The notes: generated from the letters alone by a model not told the origin. A stretch of DNA of 64,000 nt from Octopus vulgaris (GCA_951406725.2 OX597814.1:136896001-136960000); one strand, 5' to 3'; shown: positions 14,135 to 27,299, counted from the stretch's first letter. A program made the numbers and translations.

Positions 14135-14199
14135 CCATGCTGATGATGGCTGCACTTTTCCTTACGGAAAATAACAGCCGAAACTAATTTAGTACATGG
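14135..14199 (+). ncRNA. Hammerhead ribozyme type I, array copy C
   Basis: Stem I CCATG/CATGG, CTGATGA, stem II GGCTG/CAGCC, GAAA, stem III CTAATTTAG; predicted cleavage after GUA at 14194. Confidence 0.85.
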
Positions 14200-14645
14200 G
14201 TAAATATTTACTTCGTATATTTTTCACTTGTTTATTGTTTTGGTTTTGTGTTGAGTTTGATCTGAGAACATAGACTTTTTGTGGAGAATGGCGATTTGAC
14301 GTCTATATCTAGCATGTTGACTGTCCACTTTTTCGTGTTCAGTCCTTAATTGGTATATATAAATATTTTAATCTTCGGATTCTTTCTTTAATATGCTAGA
14401 CCACTGGTTCTAATTGATAAATATCAATTTTTACCCTAAATTTAATGTTATATAAATATTTGTTCTCTAACCGATAAATTAACTGCTGCTAACTATTAGC
14501 TGCAGGCTAGTTTTCTCGGGTCTCATCGCGCCAAAATTAGAGACATTTGAAATATATATTTCAAATGTAATAGGCCGTACTCCATGCACGCGATATTTCG
14601 GTATCGTGTTGGCATTTAGTACAGCAAATTACATTTTATATGGGA

Positions 14646-14711
14646 CCATGCTGATGATGGCTGCACTTTTCCTTACGGAAAATAACAGCCGAAACTTAAT
14701 TTAGTACATGG
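14646..14711 (+). ncRNA. Hammerhead ribozyme type I, array copy D
   Basis: Same fold; stem III CTTAATTTAG; predicted cleavage after 14706. Confidence 0.85.
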
Positions 14712-15157
14712 GTAAATATTTACTTCGTATATTTTTCACTTGTTTATTGTTTTGGTTTTGTGTTGAGTTTGATCTGAGAACATAGACTTTTTGTGGAGAA
14801 TGGCGATTTGACGTCTATATCTAGCATGTTGACTGTCCACTTTTTCGTGTTCAGTCCTTAATTGGTATATATAAATATTTTAATCTTCGGATTCTTTCTT
14901 TAATATGCTAGACCACTGGTTCTAATTGATAAATATCAATTTTTACCCTAAATTTAATGTTATATAAATATTTGTTCTCTAACCGATAAATTAACTGCTG
15001 CTAACTATTAGCTGCAGGCTAGTTTTCTCGGGTCTCATCGCGCCAAAATTAGAGACATTTGAAATATATATTTCAAATGTAATAGGCCGTACTCCATGCA
15101 CGCGATATTTCGGTATCGTGTTGGCATTTAGTACAGCAAATTACATTTTATATGGGA

Positions 15158-15223
15158 CCATGCTGATGATGGCTGCACTTTTCCTTACGGAAAATAACAG
15201 CCGAAACTGAATTTAGTACATGG
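15158..15223 (+). ncRNA. Hammerhead ribozyme type I, array copy E
   Basis: Same fold; stem III CTGAATTTAG; predicted cleavage after 15218. Confidence 0.85.
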
Positions 15224-15385
15224 GTAAATATTTACTTCGTATATTTTTCACTTGTTTATTGTTTTGGTTTTGTGTTGAGTTTGATCTGAGAACATAGACT
15301 TTTTGTGGAGAATGGCGATTTGACGTCTATATCTAGCATGTTGACTGTCCACTTTTTCGTGTTCAGTCCTTAATTGGTATATATA

Positions 15386-15476
15386 CATACACATCCATGC
15401 TTATATATACATTTTTATATATATATATGTATATATATATATACATACATACACATCCATGCTTATATATACACAC

Positions 15477-15528
<52 letters not shown>

Positions 15529-16547
15529 CACATACATGCTTATATATACATATATGATGTACACATATATGAAGAGAAATGTACTTACATGCATACATGT
15601 AGACTTACATGTGCTTGTCTATACTTGTGTCTTTGTGTAGGTGGGGCGGGAAGGGGCGTGTATGTGAGAGGGTGTCTCGGGTAGTGGATTTGGCGCGAAC
15701 AGTGTCGAGACAGAATAAATGGTGTAAAGAATTCAGTTCCAGGTGAACTGTTTGGAGTTTAATTTACGCTGGAATTGATTTTACTATCTATCGATAAAAT
15801 AGTTGTCTGTTTATATGTATGTATGTATGTATGTGTGTATGTATGTGTGTGTATGTATGTACGTATGTACGTATGTATGTGTGTATGTATGTATGTATGT
15901 ATGTATGTATGCATGTGTGTATGTATTATGTATTTCTGTATGTGTGTGTATATATGTATGCATGTGTGTACGCACGAATGAATGTATGTATGTATGTATA
16001 TATGTATGTATGTATCTGTGTGAATGTATGTGTGTATGTATGTATAAATTAATGTATGCATATATGTATGTATGTGTGTGTCAGTGTGTGTTTGTATATA
16101 TGCATGTGTATGTATATGTGTATTTATGTATATATGTGTGTATGTATGAACGTATGTGTGTAGGAATGTGTGTGTGTATGAACATATGTAAGTATATATG
16201 TATGAATGAATGTATGCATGTGTGTATGCATGTATGTATGAATGAATGTATGTATGCACGTTTGTATGTATGTATATATGTATGTATACATGTATGTATG
16301 AATGCATGTATACATGTATGTATATGTGAGTGTTTATTTATGGGAGAATATACGTGTGTACCTGTACTTGTATATATATCTATGTATGGGTGTGCCTGTT
16401 GTTGCGTGTGTATGTATAAATGTTTGTGTACACTTGCGTAGTTATGTATGAGTGTGTGTGTATTTGTATAGATGTATGGATAGAGTTATAGTTATTTTTT
16501 TCTTTATATATATTCGAATGTATGGATATATATACACACACAAGCGC

Positions 16548-16627
<80 letters not shown>

Positions 16628-17010
16628 AGGTATATGCATGTATATTTGTTGCATGTGTGTCTGTGTCTGCATCTATAAACGTGTGTATAGCTGAATTTAT
16701 TTCTGCATATTTATATGCAATCACGTGTGTATATATATGTATGCTTCCATGTTTGTGTGTATGCATGTATGCTTCCTAACTGTTATTTCTATCTGTAAGT
16801 AATTATGTACGTATGTATGTATATATGTGCATATATGCATTATGTATGTATGTATGTATGTATGTATGTATGTATGTATGTATGTATGTATGTACGTATG
16901 TATGTATGTATGTATGTATGTATGTATGTATGTATGTATGTATGTATGTATGTGTATACATGTATGTATGTGTATACATGTATGTATGTGTATATGCATG
17001 TTTGTGGTAA
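15386..17010. repeat. Compound microsatellite / low-complexity tract (TA, TATG, TG)
   Basis: Directly visible; source of the YIYI/VCMY ORFs. Similar tracts occur throughout the window. Confidence 0.95.
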
Positions 17011-17137
17011 GGGGGTGCGAATGACTGAATATACGTGTGGACTATAATACTCTTTAGCATTGTAATTCTTTAGTTGGTGCCAAATATTTTGAAGTAGAAC
17101 ATTCAGCTATTACATTCTATTTCTGACTATGTCAACG

Positions 17138-17181
<44 letters not shown>

Positions 17182-17666
17182 CGCACGGCTGTAGTGGATT
17201 GCTAGACGTTGTTCTACACTGATTACTAGAATTAAAGATTGCTAGTGTGAGACACGGAATACGAACTTATTCCAGTAACAGTTAAAATCTTTCAGGGGAT
17301 CCATTCCTCTCGATTTGTGAAGATGAAGAATTATGGCTTAAATCTCATGAAGCCAAGACTATGGTTTTTACACGATTGTCAGCTAAAAATACCCACGATA
17401 GTTGACTGTAGCAGAATGTTCTAAAATTTATTCGAAAGTGAGTAATTTTGGTAAGATTCTGTTGCAAAGTCTACTCTGGCGTAAAATTGGTGCATCAAAT
17501 TCTTCTGTATTCTTCGAAGTAAGACTTCGAAGTTTTAGGTTGTATAATGTTGTTTGTTCATTTTTTTTTATCTTATGTCTGTGTTCTTTAATATTTGTAT
17601 GAATACATACATATCTGTGTATGTGTGTGTGAGTGTTTCTGTGTGTATGTGTGTGTTTGTGCGTGC

Positions 17667-17723
<57 letters not shown>

Positions 17724-18359
17724 TGTGTGTGTATGTTTGTGTGTGCGCGCGCGTGTGTGGCACCTTGGGCAAATACCTTCTACACTAGGCCCAGGCTGAG
17801 CAAAAAAATTCTGAATGGATTTTGGTTGTTGAAAACTAAAAGAAGTTGTTAAACAACTTCTATATTGAGTGGTTCCCCAATTTATGAGCCACAGAGCAAA
17901 TGTATGAAAAATAAGGATAAACGCAAAATTATATTTTATACTTCCCAAACGTCTTGCATCATAATGGTAGTTTGGAGCCCAGCAATAGGTGTTCGGAGTG
18001 CATTTGGATCCAGGTATTTATGTATGTAAATAGATCAAAACAGTTTGATTCAGACACCTTCGTGCTCTGAGTTTCAAGCGTGTGGCTAGTCTTCGGCTAT
18101 TGGGGTCTGAATGAGAGTTCGCGCGCACACACACGCACACACAGAAGAAGGTACACACGCGCACACACGTACGCACACATACACACACGCACACACATAC
18201 ATACGCACGGACACACACACACATACACGTGCACACCTTTATCTCCATGTACAGATGCACACGCACGGATGCACATATATATGGATGCGCCGCGCACACA
18301 CATCCGTGGACATGTATACAGTAAGCACATGCATATGCGCACTCACGCACATGCACGCG

Positions 18360-18390
<31 letters not shown>

Positions 18391-18548
18391 ATACATACAG
18401 ACAGACAGACAGACAGACAGACAGATAGATAAATAGATAGATAAATAGATAGATAAATAGATAGATAAGCGCATACATATACACACGCACAAACACACAC
18501 AAGCACACATATACACACATACACACGCACACACAAACACACACACGT

Positions 18549-18607
<59 letters not shown>

Positions 18608-18713
18608 CAGAAAATGGGGGAAACCTTAGATTAACAAGCACATCGATTGGACCACATTTATAGCTTATTTTTTAATATGCAAAGCATGACATAACAAATA
18701 GGTGACGAACAAA

Positions 18714-18825
18714 TCTTACGGCCGTTTCCGCATCCGTTGCCAAGCGGTGTCTATAAATAATTGCGAAATTAGAATTCTTCATCTTCATAGGACATTCGAA
18801 TTAAGGCACGAAGCTTCATCGGAGT
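18714..18825 (-). ncRNA. Degenerate hammerhead-like motif with long stem II insertion
   Basis: Minus strand: CT-CCGATGA-AGC...~80 nt...GCG-GAAA-CGGCCG-TA-AG; palindromic stem III; lies ~110 bp from a (TA)n tract. Confidence 0.35.
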
Positions 18826-19349
18826 AAAAAAAACAAGAGCATCCAAAGGGAAGAAGGAACAGGAAAGAGAACATGACCTAGAAAAGAAGTCTAGAAGCCC
18901 AATATATTAGAAGTATATAATATACCATTCTTGGAGCTACGAAGTCCGTAGGTAAAAGAGTGAACTAGTAATGGTCTACGGAATGCTACAATTTATTTAC
19001 GAGTAGTTTCAATTTAAGATGTTTTAAAATTTAAGGAAACTTACTAACATGATTATCAAAGGGCAGTACCTAAGCTAACAAAGCAAACTCATGTAAATGT
19101 ATCGAAAACATAGCCGTAGGGTGATTAAGAAAGTTTACTCACAGAAATATTACTGAGAATCCCACCTATTGTCCACAATGGAGCAAGTCTAAGTCCAGCG
19201 GTCTCTACAATTGGTCAGTTACAATTTGAACCAAGGTCATAAGTTAAAACCGTTAAGTATCCTAAATACAAAATATGTTAGATAAAAGATTTTACGAAAT
19301 AAAAGGGAGAAATATCATGCTTAAGGGAAAAGCTGGTCTTAGTTACTAG

Positions 19350-19850
19350 GGACTGTGATAGAGCTACACGATCTGTTGAATACAAGAATTATAATTGACG
19401 TCAGATACCAGAAATATAATACATTTGATGACAGACCTATTAAAAATGTTATATACCATAGATACAAGAGGTATTGGATAACAGTCATAAAAGACGTTAG
19501 CTATCTTAGACAGAAGACAGTTGAGAGCTATAAAACAACAAGAATTATAAGCTATGTTAGATGTTATAGATACAAGTGATTTTATATAACAGATCTATAG
19601 CAGATGTTAGATATAATAGATACAAGATATGCTAGATATAAAATCTATAAGGGATAGCAGATATCACCGAAATATAACATATTGGGAAACAGAATTGTAA
19701 GAGATGTTCATTATCAGAGATAGAAAAGATATTAAGGAACAAATTTATTAAAGACGCTAGATATCATAGATTTAAATGATATTTGACATAAGATCGATAA
19801 CAGGATTTAGATAGTCCAGATACAAGACAGTTGGATAACAAAGTTGTAAA
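19350..19850. repeat. Degenerate ~50-bp minisatellite (~9-10 copies)
   Basis: Recurring ATGTTAGATA..ATAGATACAAG..TTGGATAACAG..ATAAAAG. Confidence 0.6.
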
Positions 19851-20522
19851 AGCCGGTTGTTGTTGGCTTGATTAGACATACGAAAAAGGCATTCCAACCG
19901 TTACGTCACGGTTTTGTCCACGCTTAGGCTATCTAGAAGCGTATTATCTAATATATCTTTTCCTTTCCAGACACGAAAGAGTATGCTGTAAGAAAAATTT
20001 AGCTGTCATTTCTGAAAGCCCGCCGTGCGCAGTTGCCCGTATGTGTGTGGGTGTATGCGCGGTCGTGGGTGTATGCGCGGGCGTGTGTATATGTATGTGT
20101 GTGTGTTTATATGTATGTGTGTATGTATGTATGTATGTATGTATGTATGTATGTATGTTAGTAGACAGAGAGATAGACAGATATAACAAAACGTCAGATT
20201 TTCGCGCTTGACTGACTGTCCACTACTCCACCAAAAGTATTGAGTTCTATATCGTATAATGCTTGCATTATGTAAAAATATTCTTATATACTTTGCAACT
20301 CTTGCATAATTATGTGTGTGTGTGTGTGTGTGTGGTACACTCACACAATGTGGTGAGGATCAAAATAAATGATGTGTCCATGTATTTTTAACATGCTCCT
20401 TTACACTAGAACGTGAAAGTCATTCGCTTCGGTGTTTTGTCTTGGAGTTAAAAAAAATTCCCCTCTTTAGAGTTTATGTGTAAAAACATACAGCTGAGCC
20501 TCAGTTGAAGATAGTGGACTAC

Positions 20523-20563
20523 TACAAACAGCGTTTCGGCATTATGTAGCCTTCTCAGTTGTA
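20523..20563 (-). ncRNA. Degenerate minimal hammerhead-like motif
   Basis: Minus strand: TACAA-CTGAGAA-GGC-TACATAAT-GCC-GAAA-CGCTG-T-TTGTA; stems I and II pair, core imperfect. Confidence 0.4.
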
Positions 20564-21503
20564 TATAACTCCCTTGGTCATCTGGCGCCAAGCCAGAAGT
20601 TTCTTTTTCCAAAAATAGAAAAGAGCAAATAATATATTTGCCATGCTAGAATTAATTTAGAATTGACACTAAAATATTTACCACAAACTCATACCTGATG
20701 CTTTTCTATTAGAGTTCTCTATTTCCTGGTTTGGTTGACTTATATAAGAATACACTTGACCGGGGTAACATTAGATTTTCAAGAGTGTACAGTATATTAA
20801 ACTGTGTCGTGAATTATGCCTATTCTGGCCGTTGTTATAAAAATAGTTTGTTTTTAAAGCAGGAATATGGCTCAGAATGCTATCCGTTTACATACAAAAT
20901 AATTGATCAACGTTGGTGTATTAAACTCTTCTCCATTGAATATGTCATATGACAGTTAGAAAAAGAGATATGAATAAATGGTATAATAATTGTTTACATA
21001 AAAGTGCAACAGATAATTATTGTTCATTATTCTGTGGAAAAATAATATTCCAATTAGTGCTAGTTCATTCCCATTAAACATGTTAAAGCATATCCTTTCT
21101 TTGTTAACAAGTTGTGCACTAAGTAAGACAACAATGTGTGGAGCAAATAAGATAAATGATAGCTGCTACATAAATTTTGTTTGTCTTAAGAATGAGACAT
21201 TCTGTAATAATTAATTCATAGGAAAAGGTGAATCGTATATTACTGAGGTTTTTTACAACCTGTTTGTAAGCAGTGGCTTGTCTTTTTTAATAAACGAGCT
21301 TTTCTGATTAATTACTGTTTTACCTGGGGTACTGTCTGCACGTTGAAAAGAGTGGGAAGACAAAGCTTTTTTGAGATTTCGTTTATACTCATAGTTTCGG
21401 GTTCGGTCCGATTGTGTGGGATCTTGAGCATGCGTTTTCTACTTTAGCATCGGGCTGCCCAAAGCCTTGTGAGTGGATCTGATTGACGAAAACTGAAATA
21501 AAC

Positions 21504-21565
<62 letters not shown>

Positions 21566-22927
21566 GTATGTATATATCTATATATATATATATATATAAA
21601 AACTCAACTTGTGTGTCTGTGTGTTTAACTTCCCGGCACATCTCCTCGTAGCCAACAAAACGTAGAACCACCAAAAATGGGTCCGAAATTCATCTCGCAA
21701 GTGCAAAAATCGATAATGTGTTTGTTTAGGCCTTATCCCATGCATTGAATAGTGAAATTTACTCAGTTACATTCTGATTTCAAATTCCGCCGAGGTCCGC
21801 TTTCCTTTTCATCATTTCAGGGTCGATTAAAAACTGTACCAGTTGCACACTGGGATCGATATAATCGACTTAATCTTTTTGTCTGTCATTCTTTGTCTTC
21901 CGAGGGGAGAGAGAGAGAGAGAGAGAGGGAGAGTGACAGAGAGAGAAGGAGAGGGAGAGAGAGAGTGAGTGAGGGACAGAGAGTGTGATAGAAAGAGTGA
22001 GAGACGGAGAGAGTGAGAGAGAGAGTGAGAGAGAGAGTGAGAGAAAGAGAGAGTGAAATAGAGCGATAGAGGGAGATAGAGAGCGAGAGAGAGAGTGAGA
22101 AAGAGAATGAGAGAGAGAGTGTGAGAAAGAGAGAATGAGAGAGAGAGTGAGAGAGAGAAAGAGTGAAATAGAGAGTTAGAGAGATAGTGAGAGAGAGAGT
22201 GAGATAGAGAATGAGAGAGAAAACCGGGCAATATTGCTAGTATATATATATATTTATACAATATATAACATATATATATATAATATACATATATGTGTGT
22301 GTGTGTGTGTGCATGGAGGCGTCTGTATGTGTATGTGATTGTGCGTGGGTGTCCACGTGAATGTGCATGTGTCTTTGTGTTTGACCCCCCCACCTTCGTT
22401 TCCCAACTGGTGTTGGTTTGTTTATGTCCCCGTAACTTAACGATTCGGTAAAATAAACCAATGGAATATATACCAGACTTAAAAATAATAAGTATTGGAT
22501 CCGATTTGTTCGACTACAAACCCCTTTAAGGCGGTGCGGGTGCATGGAAGCAGTCCAATGATTGAAACAATAAAAAGATACAAGATGTGTGTGTGCTTGT
22601 TTGAGTGTGTGTATGTGCCTTTTTCTGTGTGTTTATGCATGCATGTATTTACGTATGTATATACATATATGTATGTGTGTGTATATATATATATATATAA
22701 ATAAGGGAATGCTGAAAAATGTCTGGTTTAGGGTAAAAGAAAATACAGAAGGATTGGTTACTAATGATTTTATTCAACCTATTCCCCTCTCTGACTCACA
22801 CACTTATTGCAGCAGTTCTTCAGTTTTTCTAAGCCTTGTAAAAGAACTCGGAAGTTTGGGTCTCCAACCAGGTCTTTCACGGTACCCTGAAAACCAGGAA
22901 CTTTTCAGCACCCACTAGTATATTAGA

Positions 22928-23747
22928 CGAGGTGCATTCCAGAAGTTTAGACTTCTTTTTAGGACAGCTGTTATAACTGTCTTAGATTATTGTAATTTTA
23001 GCATATCATTTCCATACGTCTATTAAGTTGACCTGCGAACGTTTGTTGTTCCAGACTGAAGGAGACAGTTATAGCAGCACTTTGAACATGCACAACTAAA
23101 TAGTGCATGTCACAGCTGGCTGAGTTTTTTTCAGAATGCAGTCGGGACGTGACAATTTAGAAGCTACAGAAACTTACGAAATGTTTCTGACAAGCTTATG
23201 GATTAACTTGTATGAGCTGAGCATCTGTTTTTCGTTGGCACATGAGGCTAAACAGAGCAAGTCTACCAGAAAGCTCGAGGTGGACCTCTTTTTCGATAGC
23301 AGGGGCATCATCTACATGCACTGGGTTCCTGCTGACCAGACGATCATCAAAGAATACTTTACGGAGATTTTGAAGAAGTTCAAGAAGAGATTTCGTCGCA
23401 AAAATCCAGATCAGTTGCAGCGAGGTGATGCACCAGCTCCCAATTCCATCCTGATAACCATCTACTTGACAGAAACGGGCAAAACTGTCTCTCACCCTCC
23501 CTACAGTCCAGACCTTGCTCCCTGTGATATTAGGTTGTTCTCCGAGTTGAAGGAGAAGATGGAAGAGATGAAGACAAGGATCCTGGACACCTTCATTTTA
23601 GAGGGCCTCCATGTAGCGTTCACGATGTGGCTAGAGCGCTTCCACAAATGCATTGAAGTTAGATCATTCTAATTTTAAAGGTTTCTTTACTTCTTTGAAA
23701 TTAATAACTATCATAAAAAAGTCTCAAAACCTTTGGAATGCACCTTG
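22928..23747 (+). mobile_element. Internally deleted mariner element
   Basis: TIRs CGAGGTGCATTCCAGAAGTTT.../...AAACCTTTGGAATGCACCTTG-TA; ORF 23136-23672 has FFDSRGIIY...HPPYSPDLAPCD. Confidence 0.85.
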
Positions 23748-24432
23748 TATATGTATATGAGTGTGTGTAAGTGTGTGTTTGTGCGTGTGCATGTATTATG
23801 TAACAATTTATGTGTATGAATATCGTAGCTTTCACCCAGACTACAACATACAACACTGTCTTAATGCTGTCGTTTGCAATGACTCATTAATGAAATACAC
23901 AAGATTGAAGCATATAAATCGTTGAATAAATGACGATTATTGCCATTGATATAACAACAACAACAATAATAATAAATTATATCATTATTGCCATCCATAA
24001 TCCGGCAGAGTTGAATGAGAACTGATGAGTGGTGGGTTATGAATTCAGCTTTGTAATGGTGGAAATAACACCATTACATTTGCGTTGTTTGCAGTCATTG
24101 ACTTGTTACACCGCTATATTGTTGTACGGTTTCAAACCGCGAACCAAAGTGGGAAGGAATTCAACGATGGAAACAAGCCATCTGCGAACTAAATTTGATT
24201 CACTACTCGATATCTGTCGGATTCCGGAACTATGCTGGCATGGTGTTGATGAGTGACAGCAGGATGTAAATTGGATGATAAGAGAGAGAGACAGACAGAG
24301 AGAGACACAGAGAGAGATCGACAGACAGATAGACAGAGACAGAGAGCGGGGAGAGACAGAGAGACACTCACACAGACAGAAGGGGTTCTTCAATGGCGAA
24401 AATAGGGAAATAGAATTCATTATTTGCTATCG

Positions 24433-24523
<91 letters not shown>

Positions 24524-24798
24524 GGTGGTGGTGGTGCTGCTGCTGCTACTGCTGCTGCTGCTGCTACCGCTGCTGCCATCTGTCTCTATATATATGTCGG
24601 TCTGACAAAATGATGGCCATAACTACAATTCAAAAACTGTTTGAGCAAAGATTGCGTTTTTTACTTCTCTTCTTTTGTTAACCGTTTGCTATATTTTTTT
24701 GTTTATTTCTTCTTTGTCATCCCTTCTCTCTTTCTCCCTCTGACGTGCTCTCTCTTTCTCTCTCGCCATTTCTCTATCTTTCTCTCCTTATATATATC

Positions 24799-25009
24799 CA
24801 AGGTGGCCCAAAAGTAGGCTTACAGTTATTCACCTATCTCTTTCGCATTCATATATTAACAGTTTAGATCTTAATTATAGAAAATATGAAACCATTATTC
24901 TATGCTAATTTAGTTAATTGTAGGATAGAAACTTAAGTGTAATAAAATGTTTTAAAATAAATTTAAAGTGCGTACGTGATAACTGTAAACCTACTTTTGG
25001 GCTACCATG
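24799..25009. mobile_element. Tc1/mariner-type MITE
   Basis: ~35-bp TIRs CAAGGTGGCCCAAAAGTAGGCTTACAGTTAT / ATAACTGTAAACCTACTTTTGGGCTACCATG followed by TA. Confidence 0.75.
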
Positions 25010-25014
25010 TATAC

Positions 25015-25102
<88 letters not shown>

Positions 25103-25372
25103 TGGGTTGCTTCAGATTTACCGAGCAGCCTATATGTGTATGTATATATATATATGTATGTGTATACATATATATATATATATATATATATAGATAAGAA
25201 AGTTTGTTTGGTAAAGCACGTGGGTGAATATATAAGAAAATAGTAAAGTGTGAAAAAACGACAGAAGGCTTAAATGTTAAAAAATATATATATTTGTGTC
25301 AAAATGTCTGGAGAATATTGGAAAAATTTTTTTTTCCCTTTCCTTAAAATGACATAATTTTAAAATTTTTAA

Positions 25373-25410
25373 AGAAATTACCGGTTTCGCGTGTAGCTTT
25401 TCAAATTTCT
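25373..25410 (-). ncRNA. Minimal hammerhead ribozyme with U3-A8 core variant in the PLE 3' UTR
   Basis: AGAAAT-TTGAAAA-GC-TACAC-GC-GAAA-CCGG-TA-ATTTCT: 6-bp stem I, compensatory U3-A8, palindromic CCGG stem III; ~140 nt downstream of the PLE stop codon. Confidence 0.8.
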
Positions 25411-25547
25411 TGTGACGTTATGTTTATATTGCATGGAATTATCGTTGTTTTTATTTCCAGGGGATTTCTAAATAAGGGGAGGTAGTGAGTGATTTTTTCC
25501 GGTGTAGGGGAGATAATCGCTTAAAAATTTTTTTTCCCATTTCCTTG

Positions 25548-26697
25548 TTAATTTCTCTGTGTCAGTATGTTCGGATGGTTGAGTCTGGGTTTGTACTTTT
25601 CAATGAAGAATGTTTCCTTGTTCAGTCTCATTTGTGTTGATGATCCGAAAGCACATTGGTAAAATGGGAAGATTAAAAATTGTGGCAGTAGTTGCTTTGC
25701 GCATTTCTCAATGTGCTCACTAAAAGGTATCATTCTATATTCTGGGAATGCAATCTGTTGTCGATGCAGTGTGCATCTGCGCCTGAGTGATAGTCCCGTG
25801 GAACCCACGTAGTCTTGGTGGCAGCCCGAGCATTTAATAACATAAATTATGTTTTCAGAGGCACAAGTAAAGTTAGATTTGATCTTAAATTTCTGTCCTT
25901 CTTTAAAGAAGAATTCTGATCCTTCCAATAGGTTAGGACATGTTGCACAGTTCGATCTACCACATTTTTTTACTTTTGCATCCGTAATTTTAGAGGACAA
26001 TTTTGCCTTTGTGAGAATCTTTTTAAGTGATTTAGGCTGTTTGTAGCTTTTAATGATTTGGTGTATGTTTAGAATTTCCTTTAATTTTGGGTTTTTATGA
26101 AGTATTGGTAAATTCTGGGTGATGATGGTGTAGGCTTCTTTGTTTCTGGGGTTGTATGTAGATATGTAAGGTAGTATTTTCGGGGAAGGTGTGTTGTTGT
26201 GTTGAACTTTTCTTAAAGTTTCTATGTTGATTTCTGTTGCACGTCTGATCCCATCCTCTATGAGTTGAGCTGGGTAATGTCTGTCAATTAGGGTGTTTTT
26301 GAGTTCTTGCAGTCTAAAGTTCCTGGTATTTTGTTCTGACACTATTGTGCATATCCTTCTTGCAAGGTTGAAGGGGATGTTTGTTTTAGTGTGTCTTGGG
26401 TGGCATGAATTAAAAAGAAGGTATTGTTTGGCGTCTGTGGCTTTGTAAAAAATGTCTGTTTCTATTTTAAGGTTAATTTTTTTAATTAGTATATCCAAGA
26501 ACGGGAGCTCCTTTTGGTTGTATTCCATTGTGAACTGTATATTTGGGTTTATGCTGTTCAATAGGTTTTTAAATTTTAGGAGTTTATCTATGTTTTCATT
26601 CCAGAGAATGAAACAATCGTCTAGGAATCGTTTCCAATTCTCTTTTATGTATTGAGAGAGGGAGTTTCCAAAGATTGATAGAGATTCCTGGTAAATG

Positions 26698-26699
<2 letters not shown>
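25548..26699 (-). CDS. 5'-truncated Penelope-like retroelement ORF (RT C-terminus + GIY-YIG endonuclease), frame open
   Basis: In-frame WKRFLDDCFILW (RT catalytic), IQFTME..LPFLD, YKATD..YL...SCHP, CGRSNCATC, NIIYVIKCSGCHQDYVGST (GIY-YIG), E..FI...KPRLN; 5' end truncated at (TA)n. Confidence 0.9.
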
Positions 26700-26731
<32 letters not shown>

Positions 26732-26851
26732 AAATTTAAAACTATAAGCCAATCGAATCTATCTAGGAAAATCAATATCAAGCGGACAGATGAATTCGAC
26801 TTATTGAGTATATATGTGGATGTCCGCTTGCTTTACATGGTACAATCATGG

Positions 26852-26895
<44 letters not shown>

Positions 26896-27190
26896 ATGAA
26901 TTTTATTGACTTTTTGTGTGGTTATACATTTTAATGAACTGGACTGTTAAATATATATGTCTGCTTTAAATTTAAATGTGAGTGTACATGTATTTCCTTG
27001 ATGTTGGTTATAGAACTATGAGTTCAATATGGAAAATAATTGTGTTTGTTAATGTATATTGATATATATTGTTTATATTGTATTAATGTGTATATATATA
27101 TGTGTAGAATTATGAGTGTCTATGCACACATTTTTATATTTTTTTATTTCTATATTTATATGTAAATTTTTTTCATACTTACATTAAATT

Positions 27191-27299
27191 CTCTGAAGAG
27201 GCCGTGAGACATTCTTGTTAATGTCTCATTTATACCTGCTTTATATGGCTAATAGGTTAAATGGGACATACCTGTCTTCACGGCCGAAACAGCTGTCAG
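27191..27299 (+). ncRNA. Hammerhead motif with ~70-nt structured insertion in stem II
   Basis: CT-CTGAAGA-GGCCGTGA...TCACGGCC-GAAA-CAGCTG-TC-AG; 8-bp stem II, palindromic stem III, GUC site; stem I only 2 bp. Confidence 0.7.

Larger units (their letters stand above)
12884..15385. mobile_element. 512-bp hammerhead-containing tandem array in two inverted arms (retrozyme-like / non-autonomous PLE derivative)
   Basis: Left-arm unit starts at 12884, 13396, 13908 (period 512); inversion junction at 14003/14004; right-arm repeats at 14004, 14515, 15027; units differ at only a few positions; one HHR per unit; both ends merge into (TA)n; no ORF-track entry lies within it. Confidence 0.9.

Noticed and set aside
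12884-15385. CRISPR array or ordinary satellite interpretation
   Set aside because: No repeat-spacer structure; whole 512-bp units repeat, carry ribozymes and switch orientation
26778-26830. CAAGCGGACA/TGTCCGCTTG hairpin containing ATGAA...GGAT, SECIS-like
   Set aside because: No proper helix II or apical AA, and no in-frame TGA ORF upstream on that strand
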